64,000 nucleotides of DNA from Rhodothermales bacterium (lineage in GTDB: Bacteria > Bacteroidota > Rhodothermia > Rhodothermales > Bin80), in contig OZ219799.1 of NCBI GenBank assembly GCA_964291275.2, forward strand, positions 2,585,145 to 2,649,144, written 5' to 3'. The notes beneath the pieces were generated by a model, which searched no databases, was not told the DNA's origin, and saw only the letters and a list, made by a program, of their open reading frames with translations. Every line of letters starts with the position of its first letter. Position 1 is the stretch's first letter. Position numbers and translations under genes: made by a program. Below, in pieces: positions 37,211-47,490 of the stretch.

Positions 37211-39115
37211 CGTGCTTGTCAGAGAATAGGTCATTTTTGCGATTCTTGCTATATTCATAACAATCTGGGGCCGTAATTGTGGCGTCGTTGGTGGAGTTTC
37301 GGGGGAATCAGGTGCCTTTCGGCTTGCTGAATGGTCACTGGAAGACATTTTTTGCTCTCCGATGCAGCTGGGACGCGACCATGCGTGCCAACCCGACGTA
37401 TGTCTGCCTTTCCGCTTATGGCGGAGCCTGTCCAAATTCCTTCGGTAGGATTACAGCGGCGCTACGCCGCTCGTTTTCGGGCCTGATGCCAGCGCTTGAG
37501 CCGCTCCTCTTTCCGCTTCAACTGCAAGCCAAGACGATGTACGTTGGCCGCGACCACAGAGAGCGCTACCGTGCGACCAAACCCCTCCTTACCATGCGTA
37601 CGCACCAAGTCCAGTCCGCGCTGGTTCAAATTGTTGATCGCGGATTCTACCGCCGGATGCTGACGACGACCCTCCACAAAGTCCGGAGCGGATGCGCGCT
37701 CCCTGTCCGCATGACTTAAACGCCCCCGCTTCGGCATAATCACCAGTTTCAGAATTTGCTCCAATGCGCGCCGGTTGTGTTCCGATGAATACCCCGTATC
37801 CATGCTGCACGAAGTCAGGGACGGGTACAGCGTCGTGGCCTCCCGTAAAAAATCCACGATCATTGACGAATCTACCCCCTCGTAGAGCACCCGGTAGTGA
37901 AGAATGTACTGATGCTGGTCCTCCAAGACGCAGACCGGGAGGCCCAACTCCGCCTGTACCCCCGCCTTACCTTTGACGATCCAACGCGTATGCGGCTCGT
38001 GAACCGAGAAAATCTTCTCCGAATGCGGAATCTTTTCGCCCCTGAGCAACCGCCGATCCACCTGATCGATCAGTGTCAAGCTGCATCCCAGGTAGTGCAG
38101 CCACCGATCACTGCAATCTGCCCCCAACCTCCGCTGCGAAGCCAACGCCTTCTTCACCAGCTTTCTGCAGTGGCACAGGTATTTGCGCACCCGATCACGA
38201 CGATGCCAACCCCGTGACCTGCGTACCCCTTGAAACAAACGATCAAGCCGCTTTTCCCAATCCGACGCCTTGCGCCAGCCCGGCAGGCCGTGCGCACCGC
38301 TCATACGTGCAGACTCCCGAAGCAACAAACCCACCGCATCCCTTAGCAGACTCACATCCGTAGGCCAATGAACATGCGTCTTCGTCACCGCTGAATCTAC
38401 CCTGCAACGTAACCCCTCCTGACGGGCCTTCTTCGTAAGCTCCCCGTGACCATGCTCCACCACAACCTTGTTGATCTTGCCCAGTAACTCCTCCGATAAC
38501 AAACTCACATTGTCCAGAATCGTCTGTACATGGTATTCCGATCCCTCGCGCCAACTACCATGCCCAAGCATCTGGCGCAGGAGCTTGTCGTTGTTCGCCA
38601 TATGCGTCAGTCGATCATAATCGCAATTCAGGGCCTGCTTCAGCATCCCCAGAACAAAAATCCTCCACAGATCCATCCCCCGGCGCCCCAATTTGTGACT
38701 GACCCCCGAAGCCACGCCCCCTTCCAAAAGCTCGAAAATCTTCGCTCGCGTCTTTGCATTCTTGTAAATCGAAAGCAAACCACGCAATACCACCGGAATG
38801 TCATCCCGGCTGCGGGGGGCAAGCTCGATCTCTTCAATCGGGACCTGCCCAAACGCGCGTTGGGCTTCCATTACTACACGCATGGCAACAAAGGGGCGAA
38901 TGTACACGCTTAAACGCCCAAATCAGACCTTCTACCCCAAAATTGCCGCCAGATTCGCAAATTCATTCATCCTCCCGCTCGGACGACGCCTATGCGATCA
39001 GAGCCCCAAATACACGCTAAATCCTGACCAAATCCACCCAAAATGATCAAATCTGCCCCCAAATACCCGAACTCATCGTATAATCCCACAACCAAAATCA
39101 TTTTCTGGCAAGCAC
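37211..39115 (-). mobile_element. IS5-like/ISNCY-like element (about 1.9 kb) with 15-bp imperfect IRs and a 5-6 bp TSD (TAATT[C])
   Basis: The left end is (c)gtgcttgtcagagaa. The reverse complement of the right end is gtgcttgccagaaaa. The flanks cagcctaatt|...|taattctgacatc rejoin to the uninterrupted ISL3-B sequence seen in copy 1 (reverse complement of gatgtcagaattaggctg). Confidence 0.8.
37462..38907 (-). CDS. DDE transposase, IS5-like/ISNCY-like (family assignment tentative)
   Basis: Motifs seen: CRVDSAVTKTHVHWPTDVSLL, SCSMDTGYSS, HPAVESAINNLNQRGLDLVRTHG. Confidence 0.7.
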   Translation of the reverse strand: MYIRPFVAMRVVMEAQRAFGQVPIEEIELAPRSRDDIPVVLRGLLSIYKNAKTRAKIFELLEGGVASGVSHKLGRRGMDLWRIFVLGMLKQALNCDYDRLTHMANNDKLLRQMLGHGSWREGSEYHVQTILDNVSLLSEELLGKINKVVVEHGHGELTKKARQEGLRCRVDSAVTKTHVHWPTDVSLLRDAVGLLLRESARMSGAHGLPGWRKASDWEKRLDRLFQGVRRSRGWHRRDRVRKYLCHCRKLVKKALASQRRLGADCSDRWLHYLGCSLTLIDQVDRRLLRGEKIPHSEKIFSVHEPHTRWIVKGKAGVQAELGLPVCVLEDQHQYILHYRVLYEGVDSSMIVDFLREATTLYPSLTSCSMDTGYSSEHNRRALEQILKLVIMPKRGRLSHADRERASAPDFVEGRRQHPAVESAINNLNQRGLDLVRTHGKEGFGRTVALSVVAANVHRLGLQLKRKEERLKRWHQARKRAA

Positions 39116-39154
39116 TAATTCTGACATCAAACCCACTTAAAAAGCGGAAGCCCC

Positions 39155-39359
39155 TAATAAAACACCTGCATTGAAACCAGTCCGGATGACGCGAGGATCG
39201 CTCATTGCGGTAATAATTCAATGTGCCTGGTTTGCCAGTCTCTGGACAAACCAAAGTCTTCCCCGAACGCGATAGATGAACATCTACACGTTGATCCTCC
39301 ATGTCCAGGATCACCTGCCCACCTTGCGACTCAGGACTGAGTCGCAAGGTGGATCGCAT
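39155..39359 (-). pseudogene. ISL3-type A transposase, N-terminal part (copy 2)
   Basis: MRSTLRLSPESQGGQVILDMEDQRVDVHLSRSGKTLVCPETGKPGTLNYYRNERSSRHPDWFQCRCFI. It joins in frame to NCRIPRV.. at 35830 once ISL3-B and one TSD copy are removed. Confidence 0.8.
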
Positions 39360-39459
39360 CGTTAAATCTATTGTGGTGTCTTGGATGGAAATGTTGAATT
39401 TGGTTTACCCAAATTAATCATTCCACACGAATCGTGATAGAACCAAAGTGTCTATAGTT

Positions 39460-41220
39460 CTATTTAAGGAGAGTCATTTTGCGAGTCAGGCTTCCAGTCT
39501 GCGTATGCAGCCTGTAAAGGTAGAGACCGCTGGACAAATTGCTTGCATCAAACGTCACACGGTAGGTGCCAGCAGCTTGCTGGCCATCAACAAGAACCGC
39601 TACCTGTCGACCCATGACATCGTGTACTGTAAGGGAGACATTCTGCGCACGGTCAAGGTCAAATTCGACTGTGGTAACAGGGTTGAAGGGGTTTGGATAG
39701 TTCTGATCAAGTGAGATTTCAGAAGGAATTTCTGCCGTAGTAGCCTGCTCAATAGAGGTAGAAATAGCTCCTACGTATCCCAATTCATCAAGGGCGGTCC
39801 ATTCGAGTAGCCAGTTCTCACGACCGAAAGCACCGATATAGTTGGTTTCAGAGAAGAAGGGGTTGTCGTCAGGATAGTCAGCTCTGTCAAGGGTAAAAGC
39901 GGGACTACCATCATGAGGCCTTGGGTCAAGCATTTTTGTTCCCGTGGTTCCGCGTTCAATGCCTCTCAGTTGTGGATCAACAGCAACGTTATTATTGTCT
40001 GTCATGTAAGTAAGGAGGGCGATTGTAAAATCTGAATTACCGCCTCCATTAAACCACGCTCTGCTGTCAGTTCCAATTCCGAAGTCCCACCAGATATTGT
40101 GAGTCAGGCCAAGGTCTCCAGCTTCAAACCGTTGTCGGCTGTCCTCCGTTTTAGATCCTGTGTTATCAATGTCTTCAATCTGAATTGCGTGCCCTCCCTT
40201 GTCCGTATTGAACTGAGTGAAGATTGAGTTATGATAGAATCCGCCTGTATTGTCGCGGAACATGAGCATTTCACCGCGATCAGATTCGGGGGAAGCATCA
40301 GATCCTGCACCGACGAAGGTAACATTGTAGATCTCCGGGATAGCATAGGGCTGGAAATGCTCATCTCCCCCAGCTCCATCCTGCTCAGCAGCGGCTCCCG
40401 CTTTATCAGTACCTTGGAGCACAAACCAAAACTGCCCTTTACCACGCCAGCCTTGATCCCAGTCAACGGCGTCATCGGAATTGAAGACGCTCACGAAGTA
40501 CTTCAGGTTAACCGTGCCTCCGAAAAATTCTACACCATCGTCGCCACTGGCATAGACTTCGATGTGCTCAAGTATTGTACCTGAGCCAACACCGCCCAAG
40601 GTTAAGCCCTGGATCTCGTTGCCGTCTGACTCACCAATGTTGATACCGGTGTGACGGATAGACACGTAGCGCATAATACCAGAGTTGTCATCCTCCATGG
40701 TGCCGCCATATTGGGCACGTGTATCGCCGTCGGCCAGAATCTCATTAACACCTTCGATTTCCTTAAAATCACCGGCGGCATCGCCTGGGTTGTTGGTCCC
40801 CGCATGTCCTAGGATGACTACACCACCCCAGAGACCGCGATCTTCGTAAGTAAGCAGATCAGTGTCGGAGATATTATCCTGGATCGAGGTAAATATAATA
40901 GGACGAGCAGAGGTACCCTCTGCGAATATTTTACCTCCCCTAGCAATTACGAGTGCAGAAGCATCCGTGCCTGTGCCATCTTCGGCTTTGATCACCGTTC
41001 CGGCTTCAATGTGCAGCTCTGCACTTTCTTCAACAATAACAAGACCATCCAGGATGTAAACATTGTCAACTGTCCAACGGACTATGTCGCCGGCCGCAAT
41101 GTCATCATCGGTTACTGTGACCGTCGGACGGGACTCGACATCGTCGACTTGGGCTGCAACATCCCGTGAGGGCATAAAAAGCAGAAACACAGCAAGAAAA
41201 GCAGTAAAAATCGTTCGCAT
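39460..41220 (-). CDS. Secreted protein with T9SS C-terminal sorting domain
   Basis: The likely start is MRTIFTAFLAVFLLFMPSRDVAAQ at 41220. The C-terminus has NYPNPFNP..LTVHDVMGRQVAVLVDG..SSGLYLYRL (Por_Secre_tail pattern). Confidence 0.75.
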   Translation of the reverse strand: MRTIFTAFLAVFLLFMPSRDVAAQVDDVESRPTVTVTDDDIAAGDIVRWTVDNVYILDGLVIVEESAELHIEAGTVIKAEDGTGTDASALVIARGGKIFAEGTSARPIIFTSIQDNISDTDLLTYEDRGLWGGVVILGHAGTNNPGDAAGDFKEIEGVNEILADGDTRAQYGGTMEDDNSGIMRYVSIRHTGINIGESDGNEIQGLTLGGVGSGTILEHIEVYASGDDGVEFFGGTVNLKYFVSVFNSDDAVDWDQGWRGKGQFWFVLQGTDKAGAAAEQDGAGGDEHFQPYAIPEIYNVTFVGAGSDASPESDRGEMLMFRDNTGGFYHNSIFTQFNTDKGGHAIQIEDIDNTGSKTEDSRQRFEAGDLGLTHNIWWDFGIGTDSRAWFNGGGNSDFTIALLTYMTDNNNVAVDPQLRGIERGTTGTKMLDPRPHDGSPAFTLDRADYPDDNPFFSETNYIGAFGRENWLLEWTALDELGYVGAISTSIEQATTAEIPSEISLDQNYPNPFNPVTTVEFDLDRAQNVSLTVHDVMGRQVAVLVDGQQAAGTYRVTFDASNLSSGLYLYRLHTQTGSLTRKMTLLK

Positions 41221-41395
41221 GAGTTGTGAGAGTATGGTTGTGAGAGTGTGGTTGTGAGCAAACCCACGGAAGGAAGAAACCGTGGTGTTATTTTCCGAAC
41301 ATGGTAGTTTGAGGCATGTGCAATTTGCCAAATACCAAGTCTGATAGGGAAAGCTTGTGTGCGATTTAATGCTTAAAGAATTAATGCTTAAAGAA

Positions 41396-44392
41396 TTAGT
41401 CAATCACGTAGCTAACTCCAAGACCGATCGTCCTAGATCGGGAATATGAGATATAGTCATAAGTACGACCTTTGAATGTCTGGATTTGACGTACATCTGA
41501 GCCCAACAAATTTTTTGCAGTGAGCTTGAGACGCAAGTTCGCGGGTAAATCTTGCGAAATAGTCACATCTAGGTCGTTTCTGGCTTTTTCAAATACATCA
41601 GGGGTTGCGCCCTCCGTAACGGATAGGAGTCGGTCGCCGAAGATGGTATAGTAGATACCAATCACCGTCCCCAGTCTGTAATTCTCGTAGCTAGTGCTGA
41701 GGTTGAGGAGGAATGGAGATTGTCCCTCCAGCGAGCGGGTGCTGTTGCCATTTGGATCCGAGGCGCGAATGATGACCATTTCTTCCTCAGGGATGTCCAC
41801 TTGCGAACGTACCAATGAGAAGTTGCCACCAAGAGAGAGATTCTTGATAACCGGTATAGTAGTCCAAGTATCTAATCGTTTTCGGGCTTCAAGTTCGAGG
41901 CCAAAGACGCGGGCATGATCTACGTTCTGGAAAGACACAAAGCGACCTTCTCCTACGTTGCGCAGGACGCGTTCAATTGGATCATCAAACAGTTTATAAA
42001 AACCACTTACTGCAAGAATTTCACCGGCACGAGCAAACATTTCCCAGCGTACATCAAAGTTTGATATCAGCGTGCGGTTAAGAAGGGGATTCCCCTCCTG
42101 AATATCACCACCAACAAAATTGAAGCTTTGAAAAGGTGCAAGCTCACGGTAGGTCGGTCGGGCCAAGGTACGCGTAGCCGCGATTCGAAGGTTCATGTCT
42201 TCGGTGATCGCATAAATAACGTTAAGGGACGGGAGCCAGTCTGATATGTCCAATAGGCCCGTTCGCAACGAATCCGGAAGATTTTGATCGAAGCTTTTCG
42301 TGAGCATTTCGGTTGTTTCCACTCTGGCACCCCCAACTATTTTCAACTTACGTGTGAGTGGTAACTCAATCATCAAGTACGCGGCCAGAAGATCACGGGA
42401 GGCGTCGTAATTGGCACGACTAGGTGAATTTTCCTGTAGGTAGAGTCCGGCATTGTATGCTACGATATCACCAACATGAAGCGTATCCAATACACCAAAA
42501 TTGTCATCTGAAAAGTAATGTTCTGGATCACCCTCGAAGTCCCTATAATCGATTTCCCGACCTTCGTGATACTCGAAGCGTCGCTGTCTGAACTCCCGCT
42601 CAGAGCCGTCGTAACGTCCGCCAAATTTAATACGAGCTCCCAATCCTCCCCACTGACGGAAGGGGACAGTAAAATCCAGTATTGCGCCTTCGCTGTCCTC
42701 GTTCAGGTTACGGAAGTAACGTTGTGGAGGTGGCGCATTGCCGCCTCCCAAGGAGTAGGTTGTGTCAATACCGCCAGCAGCTTCCCTAATGTTTTGGGTA
42801 GAAGAGAAGAAGCGAAGATCGGGTTCTTTCTGTGAGTTCTGTGCAAATGAGACCTTCCATTCTATTTGGATGGGTGCAAAACCATGTTCTCCCCTCAACT
42901 GAAAGCTTTGCAGAGCCCGCTCCTCATAATCCAGCGCACGTGTAATGAATGTTGTGCCTCCTGTCTGGTCACGAAAACCACTCAACAGGGTAGACTGACT
43001 CATACCGCTCTGTGTGCGTAGCGCAGTAAAAACTACTTCGTGATTATCGCTAGGTTGAAAAGCTATGGTACCGGAACCGCCCCAGGTGGCTTCGTCACTT
43101 CCTTGGATATTCTTAAATGATTCGGCTTCTTTTGGATCTGCCTTCGTAATTATATCCAAATCTGGATCTGGACCAAAATATGTCGTACTGAACAGGTTTT
43201 CAGTGGAGGCGACATCTCCACCAATGAGGCGCCATTGACTAAACACACCATCGTCATAATAACTATAGCTTCTGTCGTAGGTGAGGCTACCTGTCAGGCC
43301 AAGAGGTCGACCAAAGAGCATGAGTCGCCCGCCCGCAGCTGCGGAGACGCTGTAATTGACAGGGGTAGACGTCAAAGAGGGGGCCATAACACTGTTAAAT
43401 GCCTGTGAAAAAGCATTCAATGAGTCGGCACGGGCCGTACGGATTGCGTTGGTTATGCCACGTCGCAAATCACGCAGATCCGATTCCCGCGGCAATTGTT
43501 CGACGGGATCCTTGTTTTCAAGAACATCCGGTAAGGCGCGCAGACCATTGTCGTACCCCAGCCAGTCAGTATCACTGCCTGCATAGGTGAGGAAGTCATC
43601 AATACGACTTGCCTGATCATCGTAAGTCATTGACGCTGACACCTGCAGTGTGAATGACTCTGGGAAGGCCTTTGTCGAAAGATCAACCAATCCCCCACTG
43701 AAATCCCCTGGCTTGTCGGGTGTAAAGGTCTTCAGTGTCACAATATTATCAAGCAGTGCAGACGGGAAAAGGTCCAACTGAAATGCTTTACGATCCGGGT
43801 CCGCGCTGGGCAAAGTTGATCCGTTCAGCGTTGTGCTAGCGTAACGATCGCCTAGGCCACGTATGTAAACATAGCGACCGCCAACGACGGAGGCCCCGGT
43901 CACTTTGGTCATAGCAGCTGCGGCATTGCCAGATCCAGACCGACTGATAGATTGAGCGCTGATGGCGTCGCTGACCGCTACTGCCTTAGCACGCTCGCGC
44001 AGCAGACCTGCCTCGGAGCCTGCGATTGCGGAAGCGGTCACATAAATCTCGCCATAGGAGAGGGCCTCAGGGAAGAGTTTGATTTCCAGCCGGGTTGTTT
44101 CTCCTTCGGAAACAACGACATTCTCTACCGTAACGGTGGTGAAACCCAAGTAGGAATAGACCATTGTATATGTCCCAGGCTCGGTTGCAAATTCGTACTT
44201 TCCGTTTAGGTCGGTTGCGTCTCCAGTACTGGTACCGGAAATCACAGCAGTCGCCCCGATCAACATTTCACCATTTTCGCCGTCAACAACAACACCTGTA
44301 AGTGTACCGGTTTGGGCTTTAACCTGACTAGCGAGTAGAATCAGCAAAGTTGGGAGGATTATTATTGAACCAATGCTGCGGCCAAAAGACAT
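41396..44392 (-). CDS. TonB-dependent receptor with N-terminal CarboxypepD_reg domain
   Basis: A signal peptide is followed by GTLTGVVVDGENGEMLIGATAVISGT..TDLNGKYEF, then a plug region (RYVYIRGLGDRYASTTLNGS) and a long beta-barrel. Confidence 0.85.
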   Translation of the reverse strand: MSFGRSIGSIIILPTLLILLASQVKAQTGTLTGVVVDGENGEMLIGATAVISGTSTGDATDLNGKYEFATEPGTYTMVYSYLGFTTVTVENVVVSEGETTRLEIKLFPEALSYGEIYVTASAIAGSEAGLLRERAKAVAVSDAISAQSISRSGSGNAAAAMTKVTGASVVGGRYVYIRGLGDRYASTTLNGSTLPSADPDRKAFQLDLFPSALLDNIVTLKTFTPDKPGDFSGGLVDLSTKAFPESFTLQVSASMTYDDQASRIDDFLTYAGSDTDWLGYDNGLRALPDVLENKDPVEQLPRESDLRDLRRGITNAIRTARADSLNAFSQAFNSVMAPSLTSTPVNYSVSAAAGGRLMLFGRPLGLTGSLTYDRSYSYYDDGVFSQWRLIGGDVASTENLFSTTYFGPDPDLDIITKADPKEAESFKNIQGSDEATWGGSGTIAFQPSDNHEVVFTALRTQSGMSQSTLLSGFRDQTGGTTFITRALDYEERALQSFQLRGEHGFAPIQIEWKVSFAQNSQKEPDLRFFSSTQNIREAAGGIDTTYSLGGGNAPPPQRYFRNLNEDSEGAILDFTVPFRQWGGLGARIKFGGRYDGSEREFRQRRFEYHEGREIDYRDFEGDPEHYFSDDNFGVLDTLHVGDIVAYNAGLYLQENSPSRANYDASRDLLAAYLMIELPLTRKLKIVGGARVETTEMLTKSFDQNLPDSLRTGLLDISDWLPSLNVIYAITEDMNLRIAATRTLARPTYRELAPFQSFNFVGGDIQEGNPLLNRTLISNFDVRWEMFARAGEILAVSGFYKLFDDPIERVLRNVGEGRFVSFQNVDHARVFGLELEARKRLDTWTTIPVIKNLSLGGNFSLVRSQVDIPEEEMVIIRASDPNGNSTRSLEGQSPFLLNLSTSYENYRLGTVIGIYYTIFGDRLLSVTEGATPDVFEKARNDLDVTISQDLPANLRLKLTAKNLLGSDVRQIQTFKGRTYDYISYSRSRTIGLGVSYVID

Positions 44393-44557
44393 GAGAAACT
44401 TGGGCTGTGAGAATCATTCTTCGGAGCAGTTCAATGCAAGGGAATGTAATAGGATGTTACCGAAATGCAAACTCCATGTTAAGTTTTTGTAAACAAGTGA
44501 TCGAATCATCGAATCCAATTATTCGTTACGGAACCAATTCAGTTAGAGTTGAGGCTG

Positions 44558-46744
44558 ATGATGAGTGAAACAGCTGAGATGGATAACATTTTGGTTACCC
44601 CGAATAGTGATGAATCCCAGGTATTGGACCTGGAAGATTTCTCCCTTTACAACAATCGGGAGCTAAGCCTGCTGGATTTTCAATATCGTGTGTTTGAAGA
44701 AGCACAGGACGTAGGCAATCCATTACTGGAGCGCTTGAAATTCTTGTCTATTGTCGGTTCAAACCTGGATGAATTTTATATGGTGCGCGTAGGCGGCCTC
44801 AAGAAGCAGGTCTCCAGTGGTGTAACAGACCCTTCAGTTGACGGACGAACGCCAGCCGAACAGCTTTTGGCCGTAAGGAAGGAAGCCCGGTCATTGATGC
44901 AGACCGCGCATGAATATCTTGTCACAACGCTCATTCCAGAATTGGCAGCATCAGGCATATGGATTCTGAACTACTCGGAATTAACGGCCAGGCAGAAGGA
45001 GGAGGCTAGATGGAAGTATGAGCAAACGATATTTCCGGTGCTTACTCCACTGGCGGTTGATCCATCGCATCCTTTTCCCCACATTTCGAATCTGAGCCTC
45101 AACTTGGCTGTGATTGTGAGGGATGAGTTGGGAGGTGAGCGTTTCGCACGGGTCAAAGTGCCAAGACCGATGCATCGTCTTATGCCGGTCATTTCCGAGC
45201 CTTTGACGATCAAAGTAGATTCAGCTGCACGAAGAGCTTATTCTTTTGTATGGGTAGAGCAAGTGATTGCGGCAAACCTGCAGTCGCTGTTTCCAGGGAT
45301 GAAAATAGACGCGGTGCATCCATTCAGGATCACGCGTAATGCGGATCTGACTATTCAGGAACAAGAAGCGGATGATTTACTGGAGACCATGGAGCAGGGG
45401 GTACGTCAGCGGCGTCTGGGCTCTGTGCTGAGGCTCACAGTTAATCCAGACATGCCCCAACAGGTGCGGACAATTCTGATGGAGAATATGGCTACCGATG
45501 AGGATGATGTTGTGCTGGTTGATGGTCCACTGGGTCTTGAGAGTTTGATGGAACCAATATCAGGGATTGACCGGTTTGACCTCAAGTATCAACCGTTCGT
45601 GCCATTTACTTCATTAAGGCTGAAATCAGAGACACGCGATGGTGATTTTTTCACGGTCATTAGGGCACAGAATCATTTGGTCCATCATCCTTATGATTCG
45701 TTCTCGCCCGTAATAGAATTTTTGGAAGCCGCTTCGACAGATCCCAGCGTACTTGCGATCAAGATGACGCTCTATCGTGTAGGGCGTCGATCCCCAATTG
45801 TAAAGGCACTCCTGAAGGCTAGGGAAAACGGCAAACAGGTTGCTGTGCTTGTTGAGGTGAAAGCCCGCTTTGATGAAGCAAGCAATATCGGATGGGCTCG
45901 TGTACTTGAGCAGGAAGGTGTCCATGTGATCTATGGCGTCATCGGGCTCAAAACACATACGAAGGTTGCGTTGGTAATTCGGAATGAGGGAGGGCATATT
46001 CGGCGGTATGTGCACCTCTCTACCGGTAATTACAATAGCGTCACAGCACATATATATGAGGACCTGGGATTCTTCACTATTGACCCCAAGATTGGTGCAG
46101 ATGCCTCGGATCTGTTCAACTTCCTGACTGGCTATTCTGAAAAACGTGACTATCGCAAGTTGATAGTAGCTCCTATCAATTTGAGAAAACGGTTCACTGA
46201 ATTGATTCGTCGCGAAATTGATCATTGCAAGGCCGGGTGCGAAACACATTTGATTCTTAAAACCAATGCACTCGTAGATGGAAGAATGATTCGATTGCTC
46301 TACGAAGCGTCACAGGCCGGTGTTAGGGTTGACTTGTTAGTTCGTGGTATATGCTGCCTCAAACCTGGGATACTTGGTATTAGCGAGAATATCAACGTGA
46401 TCAGTGTTGTAGGGCGTTTTCTGGAACACAGCCGCATTTATTACTTCAGAAATGGAGGCGACGAAGAAATTTATCTGGGGAGCGCTGATCTTATGCCCCG
46501 AAATCTCAATCGACGGGTGGAAGTATTATTTCCAATTCAGGATGGGGAGTATATTCGTTATCTCCGGGATATTGTACTGGAATCGTATCTCCGGGATACA
46601 GTCAAAGCCAGATATCTGGACATGGAGGGGGGTTATAGCCGGCGGGGGGGATCAGAAGAGAGACTTTCGGTCCAGGAAGAGCTGCTTCGTGTTCGTGCCG
46701 GCTGGGTGAAGGAAGAGCAGCAGCATCCATGGGAGCTCTTTTGA
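44558..46744 (+). CDS. ppk1: Polyphosphate kinase 1
   Basis: Motifs seen: NRELSLLDFQYRVFEEAQD..PLLERLKFLSIVGSNLDEFYMVRVGGL, and PLD-like repeats (HTKVALV.., LEHSRIYYF). The first ATG is at 44558; the ORF-track TTG is at 44549. Confidence 0.9.
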   Translation: MMSETAEMDNILVTPNSDESQVLDLEDFSLYNNRELSLLDFQYRVFEEAQDVGNPLLERLKFLSIVGSNLDEFYMVRVGGLKKQVSSGVTDPSVDGRTPAEQLLAVRKEARSLMQTAHEYLVTTLIPELAASGIWILNYSELTARQKEEARWKYEQTIFPVLTPLAVDPSHPFPHISNLSLNLAVIVRDELGGERFARVKVPRPMHRLMPVISEPLTIKVDSAARRAYSFVWVEQVIAANLQSLFPGMKIDAVHPFRITRNADLTIQEQEADDLLETMEQGVRQRRLGSVLRLTVNPDMPQQVRTILMENMATDEDDVVLVDGPLGLESLMEPISGIDRFDLKYQPFVPFTSLRLKSETRDGDFFTVIRAQNHLVHHPYDSFSPVIEFLEAASTDPSVLAIKMTLYRVGRRSPIVKALLKARENGKQVAVLVEVKARFDEASNIGWARVLEQEGVHVIYGVIGLKTHTKVALVIRNEGGHIRRYVHLSTGNYNSVTAHIYEDLGFFTIDPKIGADASDLFNFLTGYSEKRDYRKLIVAPINLRKRFTELIRREIDHCKAGCETHLILKTNALVDGRMIRLLYEASQAGVRVDLLVRGICCLKPGILGISENINVISVVGRFLEHSRIYYFRNGGDEEIYLGSADLMPRNLNRRVEVLFPIQDGEYIRYLRDIVLESYLRDTVKARYLDMEGGYSRRGGSEERLSVQEELLRVRAGWVKEEQQHPWELF

Positions 46745-46833
46745 TAATCTAATCAGAGTTGTCCGTCTCCTGATGATTATGATCAGCTTCGGCAGGGTTA
46801 CCAGCGTGTCTTCGCAACGTACCGTAGTCCAGA

Positions 46834-47490
46834 TTAGGGATAGAGTAGTTTGGTCTGCCAATCTTTGGAAGGCAGTCGATTAAATATCAGGCGCTCGTGA
46901 AGTCGGTCCTTGCGCCCCTGCCAGAACTCAATTTTCTCGGGGATCACCCGAAACCCTCCCCAGTGAGGGGGACAAGGGATGTCTTTCCCAGGGTATTTCT
47001 TATTAAACTGCTCCAATCGCGTGTCCAATTCTGATCGTTCGCTGAGCGGCATGCTTTGGCGGGAGGCCCAAGCCCCGATACGGCTACCTCTGGGGCGTGA
47101 TTGAAAGTAAGTTTCATTTTCATCTTTGCTGATCTGCTCAACATTTCCTTCGATTCTTATCTGGCGCTGAAGTGTCGACCAGTGGAGGACCAGGGCTGCC
47201 CGTGGATTGGAATTCAGTTCGTCTCCTTTGCGGCTGTGATAATTTGTGAAGAACACGAAACCGCGATGATCTACGTGCTTGAGTAGAACAATTCTTGCGC
47301 TCGGAGATCCATCTGATGAGGCAGTGGCGAGCGTCATGGCTTCGGGGAGATAAACATTAGTGTCTTGCGCGAGGTCAAACCATTCCTGGAATTGTATGAT
47401 TGGATCTTTATCTGGGCTCGCGGCTGGTAAGCCATAGATGATTCCCTGGCCGGCCCTCACAGACACATGTGTATGTGGATCAAGACTCAT
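46834..47490 (-). CDS. pdxH: Pyridoxamine 5'-phosphate oxidase
   Basis: Motifs seen: MTLATASSDGSPSARIVLLK, FVFFTNYHSRKG, IEFWQGRKDRLHERL. Confidence 0.9.
   Translation of the reverse strand: MSLDPHTHVSVRAGQGIIYGLPAASPDKDPIIQFQEWFDLAQDTNVYLPEAMTLATASSDGSPSARIVLLKHVDHRGFVFFTNYHSRKGDELNSNPRAALVLHWSTLQRQIRIEGNVEQISKDENETYFQSRPRGSRIGAWASRQSMPLSERSELDTRLEQFNKKYPGKDIPCPPHWGGFRVIPEKIEFWQGRKDRLHERLIFNRLPSKDWQTKLLYP

Larger units (their letters stand above)
35839..39154 (-). mobile_element. ISL3-family element type B, copy 2, with 8-bp TSD TAATAAAA, itself interrupted by an IS5-like element
   Basis: The ggctcttcac.. end is at 35839 and the ..ggaagcccc end is at 39154. The TSD taataaaa lies at 35831-35838 and 39155-39162. 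Removing 37211..39115 and one TSD copy gives 1406 bp, the same length as copy 1. Confidence 0.9.
34838..39444 (-). mobile_element. ISL3-family element type A, copy 2, carrying nested ISL3-B and IS5-like insertions
   Basis: The termini are ggttctgtcacgaatattgtggatag (34838-) and, as reverse complement of the other end, ggttctatcacgattcgtgtggaatg (ending 39444). A degenerate 8-bp TSD is present (taagggtc vs aaagtgtc, 6/8). Confidence 0.8.

Noticed and set aside
27399-39154. Composite transposon formed by the two inverted ISL3-B copies, mobilising the 7-kb block between them
   Set aside because: Each copy carries its own perfect 8-bp TSD (GTATTAGA for copy 1, TAATAAAA for copy 2). The sequences outside the outer ends do not match each other, so the copies inserted independently. 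Copy 2 also sits inside another IS.
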